Translations under genes and position numbers: made by a program | Notes under the pieces: model-generated | Told to the model about the DNA's origin: nothing | The model's database searches: none | Seen by the model: only the letters and a program-made list of their open reading frames with translations | Assembly: GCA_044356455.1 (NCBI GenBank) | Contig: JBIKWF010000106.1 | Coordinates: 1 to 15,763, forward strand | DNA from: Bdellovibrionota bacterium | GTDB lineage: Bacteria > Bdellovibrionota_C > UBA2361 > JBGSMV01 | Length of the DNA stretch: 15,763 nucleotides | Direction: 5' to 3' | In this document: positions 8,776 to 15,763 of the stretch, one piece after another | Numbering within the stretch: the first letter of the stretch is position 1 | Layout of the letters: each line of letters starts with the position of its first letter

Positions 8776-9342
8776 TTAAGGAAGGACTGACGTAACTAGA
8801 TCGAGAAGCTGCGGAAATGCGGAAAAACCAAACTCCGCATTTAGATGGCCGCCACCTTCGATAGTACAGAGCTTGATGCCAAGTTCACGGGAAATCTCCT
8901 CTCCATGGGTCTGGGGAACATAAGGGTCTCTGTCACCCGAAAGAACAAAGATGTCTGCGGCGTTGCTGCGAATTGCTCCCCAATCAAAGGGCGCTGCTAC
9001 GAAACTCTTATTCAACGCATCATACTCGGGAAGGCCAAGAGCGCCTGTGAACCCAGCGACGAGAAAAGCCGCGCGAATCGCACGTTCTCGCTGCTCCAGG
9101 TAGCGAAGCGCAAACACTGCACCCACGCTGTGGCCTATCAAAATAGAACTCTCATCCAATTCGCCTACTTCAGCCTCAAAAACATGAAGCCAGGCCTCAA
9201 GATCTTGCCCCTCAGGGGTTGGCATCTGAGGGACACAAACCCTCAAAGACTTTTTCTCAAGCTCCGCCTTTAGCCATGGAAACCAATTGCCTTGAGGATT
9301 CCCCTTCGTACCGTGAACGATTGCAACTGTTCTCTGACCCAC
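8776..9342 (-). CDS. RBBP9/YdeN-family alpha/beta serine hydrolase
   Basis: IVHG...NWFPWL, nucleophile motif GHSVG, DPYV and GGHLN triad residues. Start GTG 9342 after GAAGGGGGG. Confidence 0.9.
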   Translation of the reverse strand: MGQRTVAIVHGTKGNPQGNWFPWLKAELEKKSLRVCVPQMPTPEGQDLEAWLHVFEAEVGELDESSILIGHSVGAVFALRYLEQRERAIRAAFLVAGFTGALGLPEYDALNKSFVAAPFDWGAIRSNAADIFVLSGDRDPYVPQTHGEEISRELGIKLCTIEGGGHLNAEFGFSAFPQLLDLVTSVLP

Positions 9343-9424
9343 GATACCCCCCTTCAATCCAAACTACGTCGGTAGCCTCTTCGAATAATCACATAGTGGC
9401 GGATCCTCAGATCCCCGCAACTTG

Positions 9425-10798
9425 CTACACCAGAAGCGCGAGGTACTGCGCGGCAAAGGTTAGCGCCAAAAGAAATCCGCACATATCCGTTACGGTGGTA
9501 AGAATAAGCCCGGATGACAGAGCCGGATCAAAACCAAAGCGTTTCAGCACGAGAGGCAAGAGGCCTCCAAAGGTAGCAGCCACGATGATATTGATTCCTT
9601 GAGCTGCCCCCACGACCATCCCAAGATAGGGATTTCCGCTCCAAAGCGCCGCTACGACGCCCACCACTGCCCCCAGCAAGATGCCATTGACCGCAGCAGG
9701 ACCTGACTCCTTCGCGACCACGCGGAGAATTTCGGTCGGGCGAAGCAGACCGAGCGAAAGCTCGCGAATGCTGACCGCAACTGACTGCTGTCCTGCGCAG
9801 CCGCTCATGTCAGAAATAATAGGGAGAAACACAGCGAGCGAAATGACTTGTCCCAGCGTTTCCTGATTAACTGCGATGACGCTCGCCGAAACCATATTCA
9901 GCAGCACATTCACTGAGAGCCAGGAGAATCGGCGCCGCACGCGAACATGAAGCGGATTGGTTCGAAACTCTTCTCCGCCGACAATTCCTTGGGAAGCGAG
10001 AAAACTATTCTCACTTTGCTCTTTGAGGGCCTCATCTACTGCGCGCCGCATGACGACGCCCACGAGGATGCCCTTTTCGGAGACAACGGGAAGCCCAAAA
10101 AAAGAGCTTTCTTCGAAGTGATGCGCAAGGTCCTGCAGCGAAGTACTCAAGGCAACGGTTCTCACTGGCCGCACCATAAGCTCGGTAATCCCTTTGGTCG
10201 CTGGTGCGAGCAGAAGGTCGCGAGTCCGGAGCACTCCTACGGGGTGCCCCTCGGCGTCAATAACGTACAAATACTGGATGTCATACTCGGCGTATTCGGC
10301 GCCGTGAAGACGCAATCGATGAAGCACCTCCTGAACCGCAACTCCCTCGGTAAATGACACAAATTCAGTGATCATGAGACCACCCGCGGTAGCCGGATCG
10401 TAGGCTCTCAGCACTCGGGCTTCCGCAGCTTCTCCAGGATCCATTTCCGCAAGAATCGCTTCGGACTTCGTGTCCTCCATCTTTCCCAGCACGTCAGCTT
10501 GCTGGTCACTAGAGAGTTCCTCAACTATCGGCGCTGCTTCTTGAGGAGAGAGAAGTTCAATGAGGTCGGCTGCCTGATGCTCGGGGAGATTTTCTACAAG
10601 ATCTGCGGCATCTTGAGGGGCGAGCGTCGTGAGAAGCCGCTCTTGGTCTTCGGGAGACAAGCGAGAAATGGCACGCGCACGCTCGGACCAAGGGAGCCCA
10701 TCGAGGTACTCCTCAATGGCACGCGCGTCTGCGCCTTCGAGGATTTCTCGGAGACGTTCCCATGGATATGCGCTTGCTACTTGATCCATTTGGCACAT
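9425..10798 (-). CDS. mgtE: Magnesium transporter MgtE
   Basis: Acidic helical N-domain, YDPATAGGLM, CBS pair, TM region with FLPII, DPALSSG and LTTVTD (conserved Mg-binding Asp). Start is ATG 10798 or ATG 10789. Confidence 0.95.
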   Translation of the reverse strand: MCQMDQVASAYPWERLREILEGADARAIEEYLDGLPWSERARAISRLSPEDQERLLTTLAPQDAADLVENLPEHQAADLIELLSPQEAAPIVEELSSDQQADVLGKMEDTKSEAILAEMDPGEAAEARVLRAYDPATAGGLMITEFVSFTEGVAVQEVLHRLRLHGAEYAEYDIQYLYVIDAEGHPVGVLRTRDLLLAPATKGITELMVRPVRTVALSTSLQDLAHHFEESSFFGLPVVSEKGILVGVVMRRAVDEALKEQSENSFLASQGIVGGEEFRTNPLHVRVRRRFSWLSVNVLLNMVSASVIAVNQETLGQVISLAVFLPIISDMSGCAGQQSVAVSIRELSLGLLRPTEILRVVAKESGPAAVNGILLGAVVGVVAALWSGNPYLGMVVGAAQGINIIVAATFGGLLPLVLKRFGFDPALSSGLILTTVTDMCGFLLALTFAAQYLALLV

Positions 10799-10802
10799 TC
10801 AG

Positions 10803-10867
10803 TCATTGCCGACCTTAGTGGTCTTCGTGGTTTATAAAAACAACCACTAAGACCACAAAGTCAATGA
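10803..10867. repeat. Inverted repeat of the 9-bp-period family directly upstream of mgtE
   Basis: CTTAGTGGTCTTCGTGGTT (10814-10832) pairs with AACCACTAAGACCACAAAG (10842-10860) at 17/19. Outer pairing TCATTG/CAATGA. Confidence 0.75.
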
Positions 10868-10917
10868 AGGAGAAAATAATACCTACCAATCTTCCGGGCA
10901 TTTCAGAGATTTCCCAG

Positions 10918-11047
10918 GGAGCCTCTGAAAACCTCGATATTTTATTTTTTTGCTCTCTGTGAACTCTGTGTCCTCTGTGGTTTTTCAACAAATCAAACCA
11001 ACCACAGAGGGCACAGAGTTCACAGAGAGGACTTTTTCAGAGCTTCC
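10918..11047. mobile_element. MITE-like element, copy 1 (130 bp), IS5-like ends and internal 30-bp hairpin
   Basis: Ends GGAGCCTCTGAAAA (10918-10931) and TTTTCAGAGCTTCC (11034-11047). Flanks CCAG and CTAG. Internal inverted repeat 10953-10982 / 11000-11029, 29/30 complementary. Confidence 0.8.
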
Positions 11048-11058
11048 CTAGCCGTTAT

Positions 11059-11089
11059 ATCTCACGGGATCCCTTCGGGTCCGTGAGAT
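11059..11089 (-). terminator. Stem-loop immediately after the murD stop, possible terminator or RNA-stabilising hairpin
   Basis: ATCTCACGG (11059-11067) / CCGTGAGAT (11081-11089) with inner CCC/GGG. No U-tract on the minus strand. Confidence 0.4.
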
Positions 11090-12643
11090 TTATGTTTCCA
11101 CGGGACACACTCCTAGCTCGCTACGCCGCTCCCCCACCTTAGCAATATCTCCGGTATTACATTCACCGGCATCAAATTCTCTGACATACTTCTTGAAGAA
11201 TCGGCCGCGATCTTCAAAATCGGTGAACTCATCGAAGCTCGCGCAGCCGGGACTTAAGAGCACCACATCTTGCGGCCCGCTGGCTTGAAGCGCCGCTACC
11301 GTCGCCTCTTTGAGTGTGGGCGCAAGCGTCGAAGGAAGAGACTTTGAGGAAACATGGCTTTGGAGCAGGCGCCCATCGCCGCCGAAACATACGACACGAG
11401 CAACGGCATCTCGATGTTTTTCTAGTACCGTAAGAAGAGGCTCCCAGGAGCCGGCCTTGGCGAGTCCGCCAAGAAGTAACGTCATTTTTCGTGTGGGAAA
11501 ATTCTCAAGTACACATTTCACGCCCGCGACCGCGGCAGCAACGGTCGTAGATTTGGAATCATTAATCGCGATACAGGCCCCCTGAGGTCTCGCCACGCGC
11601 TCAATGCGGTGCTCCAAGGGGATAAAAGATTGCAGCGCACGTCGTATATCAGCCGGCGTTATGCCAAGAGTTCGAGCGGCGCACACCACGGCTGCTGCAT
11701 TATAACGGTTGTGAATTCCAAGCAGAGGCGCTCCCGCGAGCGAGTACTCTTCAGCAGGACCCGCCACCGTATCAACGAGCACATCAACTTGATTCTCTGG
11801 CGCGTAGCGAATGAGAACTCCTGGGTGCTTCTTCGAAGCAAGATCTTCGCGGCCAAACCATAATACTTTGGATCTTAGTCGTCCTGCGAGCCCCTTGCTC
11901 CACACATCATCCTGATTAAGGACTGCGACATCTGATTCATCTTGTTGCAGAAAAAGCCGGGCTTTTGCATCGAAATAGCGCTGCAAAGTGCCATGACGTT
12001 CAAGGTGATTCTCCGTCAGGTTAAGAAGGACACCCACACGCGGCTTAATGACGTGGCACGATTCGAGTTGATAGCTCGAAGCCTCGACCACGAGAACCTC
12101 CGAAGCCCCTGACGAGCGCTCAAGACTATCGGCCTTCAAATCTGATACGACCGGCACTCCGACGTTTCCGCATAGAAAAGAGGCTCGGCCCGCCTCCGAA
12201 AGTACGTGGTGGAGCAAACTTACCGTCGTGCTCTTGCCGTTGCTCCCTGTAACAATAGCCGAACTCCCGCCATGAAGCTGAATACCAAGTTCGAGCTCAC
12301 TAATCATTGGAATCTTGCGGCGAGCCAACGCGGCGTATGCAGGGGACTCGTGGGACACACCAGGACTCAAAACGGCGAGCGCCACATTCTCAAGGTGGTC
12401 CCCTATTCGCTCTCCATCGACTCCAAGGTAAACTTTTGCACCATTGTTGATAAGCCTATCAACCTGGTCTCTGTATTTACTCTTTTGGCGAAATTGTGAC
12501 TCAGAGGTCTTATCTACGGCGCAGCGATTTACTCCCAAGCGCTCCAGAAGTGCGAGGGTCTCCACTCCACTAACACCGAGCCCCACGACTAAAACGCGTT
12601 GCCCTTTCTTTTCGATTTCCTTGAGTAGGCCCCGAGCGTCCAT
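11090..12643 (-). CDS. murD: UDP-N-acetylmuramoyl-L-alanine--D-glutamate ligase
   Basis: VVGLGVSG, VLSPGV, TGSNGKSTT, EASSYQL, NLTENHLERHG, NDSKST and LLSPGCASFDEF. Downstream of mraY. Confidence 0.97.
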   Translation of the reverse strand: MDARGLLKEIEKKGQRVLVVGLGVSGVETLALLERLGVNRCAVDKTSESQFRQKSKYRDQVDRLINNGAKVYLGVDGERIGDHLENVALAVLSPGVSHESPAYAALARRKIPMISELELGIQLHGGSSAIVTGSNGKSTTVSLLHHVLSEAGRASFLCGNVGVPVVSDLKADSLERSSGASEVLVVEASSYQLESCHVIKPRVGVLLNLTENHLERHGTLQRYFDAKARLFLQQDESDVAVLNQDDVWSKGLAGRLRSKVLWFGREDLASKKHPGVLIRYAPENQVDVLVDTVAGPAEEYSLAGAPLLGIHNRYNAAAVVCAARTLGITPADIRRALQSFIPLEHRIERVARPQGACIAINDSKSTTVAAAVAGVKCVLENFPTRKMTLLLGGLAKAGSWEPLLTVLEKHRDAVARVVCFGGDGRLLQSHVSSKSLPSTLAPTLKEATVAALQASGPQDVVLLSPGCASFDEFTDFEDRGRFFKKYVREFDAGECNTGDIAKVGERRSELGVCPVET

Positions 12644-12673
12644 CCTTCTTTCTCTCCTCGGAACAAAAATAAA

Positions 12674-13750
12674 CTACCGAAGCTTCAGCGTCGTCAGTGA
12701 AATGAGCGCCAGCACTATCGATATAATCCAAAAGCGCACGATAATTTTCGGCTCCGCCCACCCTTTGAGCTCAAAGTGATGATGAATAGGAGCCATGCGA
12801 AACACGCGCTTCCCGGTCAATTTAAACGAGTAGCGCTGCACTATAACTGAAAGCGCTTCAACCACAAAAATACCACCCGCAAGCACAAGAACAATCTCTT
12901 GCTTGGTGAGGACTGCGGCAAACCCGAGCACGGCCCCAAGGGCTAGTGCCCCGATATCGCCCATAAATATTTGAGCGGGAAAGGTGTTATACCAAAGAAA
13001 GCCCAGGCCCCCTGCAATGACAGAGGCAAGAATAATCGATAATTCCCCAACTCCTGGAACATGCGGAATACCGAGGTACGGAGCCGCAACCGCATTGCCT
13101 GCAAGGTAAGCAAAAAGGGCATACGTCGCGGCTACCGTCATCACGGGTCCGGTCGCAAGACCGTCAAGTCCATCGGTAAGATTCACGGCATTACTTGTCC
13201 CCACGACTACCAGCGCCATGAACGGGATAAAGAGAAGTCCCAAGGATACTTCAAGGCCCTTCACAAAAGGGAAATGCAAATCGGTAGGGAAACCTACGGC
13301 AGCAAGAATTGCGCCCGCGACTAGCGCGATGGCGAATTGGGAAACCATTTTCTGGCGCTCGCTAAGACCTTTGGAGTTCTGCTGGCGCACTTTACGCCAG
13401 TCATCAAAGAACCCTATGGCCCCGTACAGGACAAGCACCAGGACCGTAAGCCATACATACAGGTTGGAGAGGTCGGCAAAGAGCAAGGTGGAAAGCAGCA
13501 CAGCTATTACCATCACCAAGCCTCCCATCGTGGGAGTGCCCTTCTTTCCGGCATGACCCTTTGGGCCATCATCCCGAATTGGCTGTCCCTGGACCCCAAG
13601 CTCCTTAAGCTTTCGAATAAAGACCGGCTCAAGCGCAAGCACAAAGGCAAAGGAGAAAAGAAACGCAGCCATGGCCCGAAAAGTTTGGTAGCGGAATACG
13701 TTCAGCCAGCTGTATTCGTCGCGCAGAGAAAGCATCAAGTGATACAACAT
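12674..13750 (-). CDS. mraY: Phospho-N-acetylmuramoyl-pentapeptide transferase
   Basis: KKGTPTMGG, NAVNLTDGLDGLA, FMGDIGALALG and FRMAPIHHHFELKGW. Confidence 0.98.
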   Translation of the reverse strand: MLYHLMLSLRDEYSWLNVFRYQTFRAMAAFLFSFAFVLALEPVFIRKLKELGVQGQPIRDDGPKGHAGKKGTPTMGGLVMVIAVLLSTLLFADLSNLYVWLTVLVLVLYGAIGFFDDWRKVRQQNSKGLSERQKMVSQFAIALVAGAILAAVGFPTDLHFPFVKGLEVSLGLLFIPFMALVVVGTSNAVNLTDGLDGLATGPVMTVAATYALFAYLAGNAVAAPYLGIPHVPGVGELSIILASVIAGGLGFLWYNTFPAQIFMGDIGALALGAVLGFAAVLTKQEIVLVLAGGIFVVEALSVIVQRYSFKLTGKRVFRMAPIHHHFELKGWAEPKIIVRFWIISIVLALISLTTLKLR

Positions 13751-13753
13751 TAC

Positions 13754-15286
13754 CTATTCTCCCCCCGGATTTTTAGATTTGCTTTCTGATTGAGACGGAA
13801 CCTGTACCGCAGTCTCTCTCGCAGGTTCTCTCTCTGTCTGCCCGTAACGATTGCCAAGCTCCTGCTCCATGTGCTTGACCGCTTTATCAAGGCCAATACC
13901 TCGCGAGGCCTTCACCATAAATACGCAGGCACCTGCATGAGACGCGCGCTGCTGAAGAATCCAGGTAGCGGCCTCGTCCGCCGAAGCGCAGTGGGCCTGG
14001 GGGAATGCCTTCGATTCGGAAGAAAGATAGCGCCCCGCTTCGGGCCCGACCGCGGCTAACGCAGCGGGCCGAAGCGCGGCAACGCGCTTGCCAATTTCAT
14101 CATGATACAAAGCAGAGAAACTTCCGAGCTCAAGCATGTCTCCAATTACCAAAGCAACGGGCAAACCCGAAGCTTGTAGATCCGAGGCTAAATCGAGAAA
14201 CGCACCCATGGAGGCAGGGTTTGCATTGTAAGAATCGTCGATGAGACTGATGTTCTCACCGAAGTGCTTTAAATTCATGCGCATAAGCGGCGCCACAAAA
14301 GACGCGAGTCTCTTGGCAGCGAACTCAAGGCTCATAGAAGGAACGAGCGCACAGGCCGCGAGCACGGCGCATGCGGCGTTATAAGCATTCTGTGTACCGA
14401 GCGTACTCATACGCACGGCTGCTCTTTCAACAGCGCCTTCACGCATACGTTCGAGTTCAAAGGATACGCCTTCAAGCCCTAAACTCTTTAGATTGACGAT
14501 GCGTAGGGTACTCCCCTGCTCGGCGCCGAATCGCTGAACCTTAAGGGCGCCGCGAGGATCTACCCTTGCAAGCTCATCTTGAATCACACTGCTGTCATCT
14601 CGCAGAATCACGGAGCCCCCGGGGCGAAGTCCCTGCACTATTTCAAATTTTGCTTGTGCAATTCCCGCCAAGCTTCCGAGGCATTCGATATGCGCGGGCG
14701 CCACGGTGGTAATTGCCACATGATCAGGCTGAGCGAGCTTTGAGAGGTGCGAAATCTCTCCAAAATGATTCATGCCCATCTCAACCACTGCCCACTCATG
14801 CTCGCGGCTGAGGCGGCAAAGGCTGTAAGGCACCCCCACATGATTATTGTAAGACTTAAGGGAGTACCCTCCCGGACCAACGCCGAGAAGAATGTGGGCC
14901 GCTATCTCTTTTACGGTGGTCTTACCGACCGACCCAGTCACGGCAAAGAGTGGCGTATTAAGTTCTCGTCTCCACCAGCTCGCAAGCTGAGAGAATGCCG
15001 CAAGGGAGCTCGGGACTACGACGATTCGATCGGCATCAGGGTGACTTACAAAGGCACTCCCGTCCTCGACAAGCACAAGCGCCGCGCCTCGTCCCAGCAC
15101 ATCAGGAACAAAGGAGTGCCCATGCGTCTTCTCTCCGGGGAGCGCAACAAAAAGTTCGCCCCCTTTTATGGCACGCGAATCAAACTCCGCACCTCGGCAC
15201 ACTATCTTCGAGTCTTCTGGTGAAGGGCGAAGAGCTGCCCCACCCACAACTTCGCAGAGCTTTAATTTGGAAAGGCTAATCGTCAC
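13754..15286 (-). CDS. murF: UDP-N-acetylmuramoyl-tripeptide--D-Ala-D-Ala ligase
   Basis: DSR...LFVAL.GE..HGH, TGSVGKTTVKE, NNHVGVP, EMGMNHFGEI, DDSYNANPASM, GDMLELG and VKASRG. Start set at GTG 15286; GTG 15301 or TTG 15574 are alternatives. Confidence 0.95.
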   Translation of the reverse strand: MTISLSKLKLCEVVGGAALRPSPEDSKIVCRGAEFDSRAIKGGELFVALPGEKTHGHSFVPDVLGRGAALVLVEDGSAFVSHPDADRIVVVPSSLAAFSQLASWWRRELNTPLFAVTGSVGKTTVKEIAAHILLGVGPGGYSLKSYNNHVGVPYSLCRLSREHEWAVVEMGMNHFGEISHLSKLAQPDHVAITTVAPAHIECLGSLAGIAQAKFEIVQGLRPGGSVILRDDSSVIQDELARVDPRGALKVQRFGAEQGSTLRIVNLKSLGLEGVSFELERMREGAVERAAVRMSTLGTQNAYNAACAVLAACALVPSMSLEFAAKRLASFVAPLMRMNLKHFGENISLIDDSYNANPASMGAFLDLASDLQASGLPVALVIGDMLELGSFSALYHDEIGKRVAALRPAALAAVGPEAGRYLSSESKAFPQAHCASADEAATWILQQRASHAGACVFMVKASRGIGLDKAVKHMEQELGNRYGQTEREPARETAVQVPSQSESKSKNPGGE

Positions 15287-15320
15287 CGGATTACAGTCCA
15301 CGCAGTAAAGAATCTTCTTG

Positions 15321-15461
15321 GGAGCCTCTGAAAAACTCCCTCTCCGCGTACTCAGCGTCCTCCGCGTTATTTGAGAACTATTGAAGAACGCGGAGGACGC
15401 TGAGTACGCGGAGGGAAAACACGACAAAAAAAGTTCCGTTTCCAGGTTTTTCAGAGGTTCC
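15321..15461. mobile_element. MITE-like element, copy 2 (141 bp), between murE and murF
   Basis: Ends GGAGCCTCTGAAAAAC (15321-15336) and GTTTTTCAGAGGTTCC (15446-15461), 15/16 complementary. Flanks CTTG and CTGG. Perfect 27-bp internal inverted repeat 15342-15368 / 15387-15413. Confidence 0.82.
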
Positions 15462-15549
15462 CTGGGTGAAGATAGCGTAAACTGAGGGCTGCCACTAGGC
15501 AGAGAGGGGGGGGGATTTCGAGGTTTTAGGCCTTTCGCGAAACCTGACA

Positions 15550-15762
15550 CTAGCTGCGTGCCGGAGCGCTGCAAAAGAAGGCCCGAACCTCCTCCTGGTC
15601 CGAAAAATGGTGCTTGGTAGTGCCAATAATTTGATAATCCTCGTGCCCCTTCCCTGCAATAAGGACCACGTCTCCCGGGCCCGCAGCCCGCAGTGTCTTT
15701 TGAATGGCCTCCCTCCGATCCGCTTCAACAATCCCCGACTCTCGGATTAAGGAACCACTTTT
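15550..15762 (-). CDS. murE: MurE ligase, C-terminal 70 aa (gene starts beyond the window)
   Basis: Manual translation, absent from the ORF track: ...[64 protein letters not shown] is the MurE signature, and the position upstream of murF is canonical. Confidence 0.95.
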   Translation of the reverse strand, partial: KSGSLIRESGIVEADRREAIQKTLRAAGPGDVVLIAGKGHEDYQIIGTTKHHFSDQEEVRAFFCSAPARS

Positions 15763-15763
15763 A

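Noticed and set aside
1815..15279. Numerous 60-160 aa ORFs overlapping the main genes
   Set aside because: They are antisense or off-frame shadows of well-supported CDSs and have no recognisable motifs.
10918..15461. Composite transposon that imported murF-mraY-murD
   Set aside because: murE is still in its canonical place upstream, the outer flanks (CCAG, CTGG) are not an identical duplication, the two copies are diverged and no transposase is present. Independent insertions are simpler.
15550..15620. Programmed -1 frameshift giving a MurE-MurF fusion
   Set aside because: The murF frame is -1 and open here, but there is no canonical X_XXY_YYZ slippery heptamer in the murE frame and murE ends normally.
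15495..15731. 78-aa minus-strand ORF from the track
   Set aside because: It is an alternative frame over the real murE 3' end.

Overview
Bacterial chromosomal window; the MraY N-terminus looks Deltaproteobacteria/Bdellovibrionota-like (inference only). In order: an orphan 289-aa gene (+); a candidate 4-way-junction RNA and a GTAG-type REP cluster; a convergent 1411-aa membrane protein built from two diverged modules (-); an M20/ArgE-DapE metallohydrolase (+); a HlyC/CorC (CNNM-CBS) protein (+); a YdeN/RBBP9 serine hydrolase (-); mgtE (-); and part of the dcw cluster, murE (3' end, missed by the ORF track)-murF-mraY-murD (-), with no ftsW after murD. The most unusual signal is non-coding: a family of 130-141 bp elements with IS5-like ends and CTAG-like flanks that carry a long internal hairpin of 9-bp-period units. 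The arms differ between copies but stay complementary within each copy. There are two complete copies (10918-11047, 15321-15461) and two decayed relatives (about 7114-7162 and 10803-10913).
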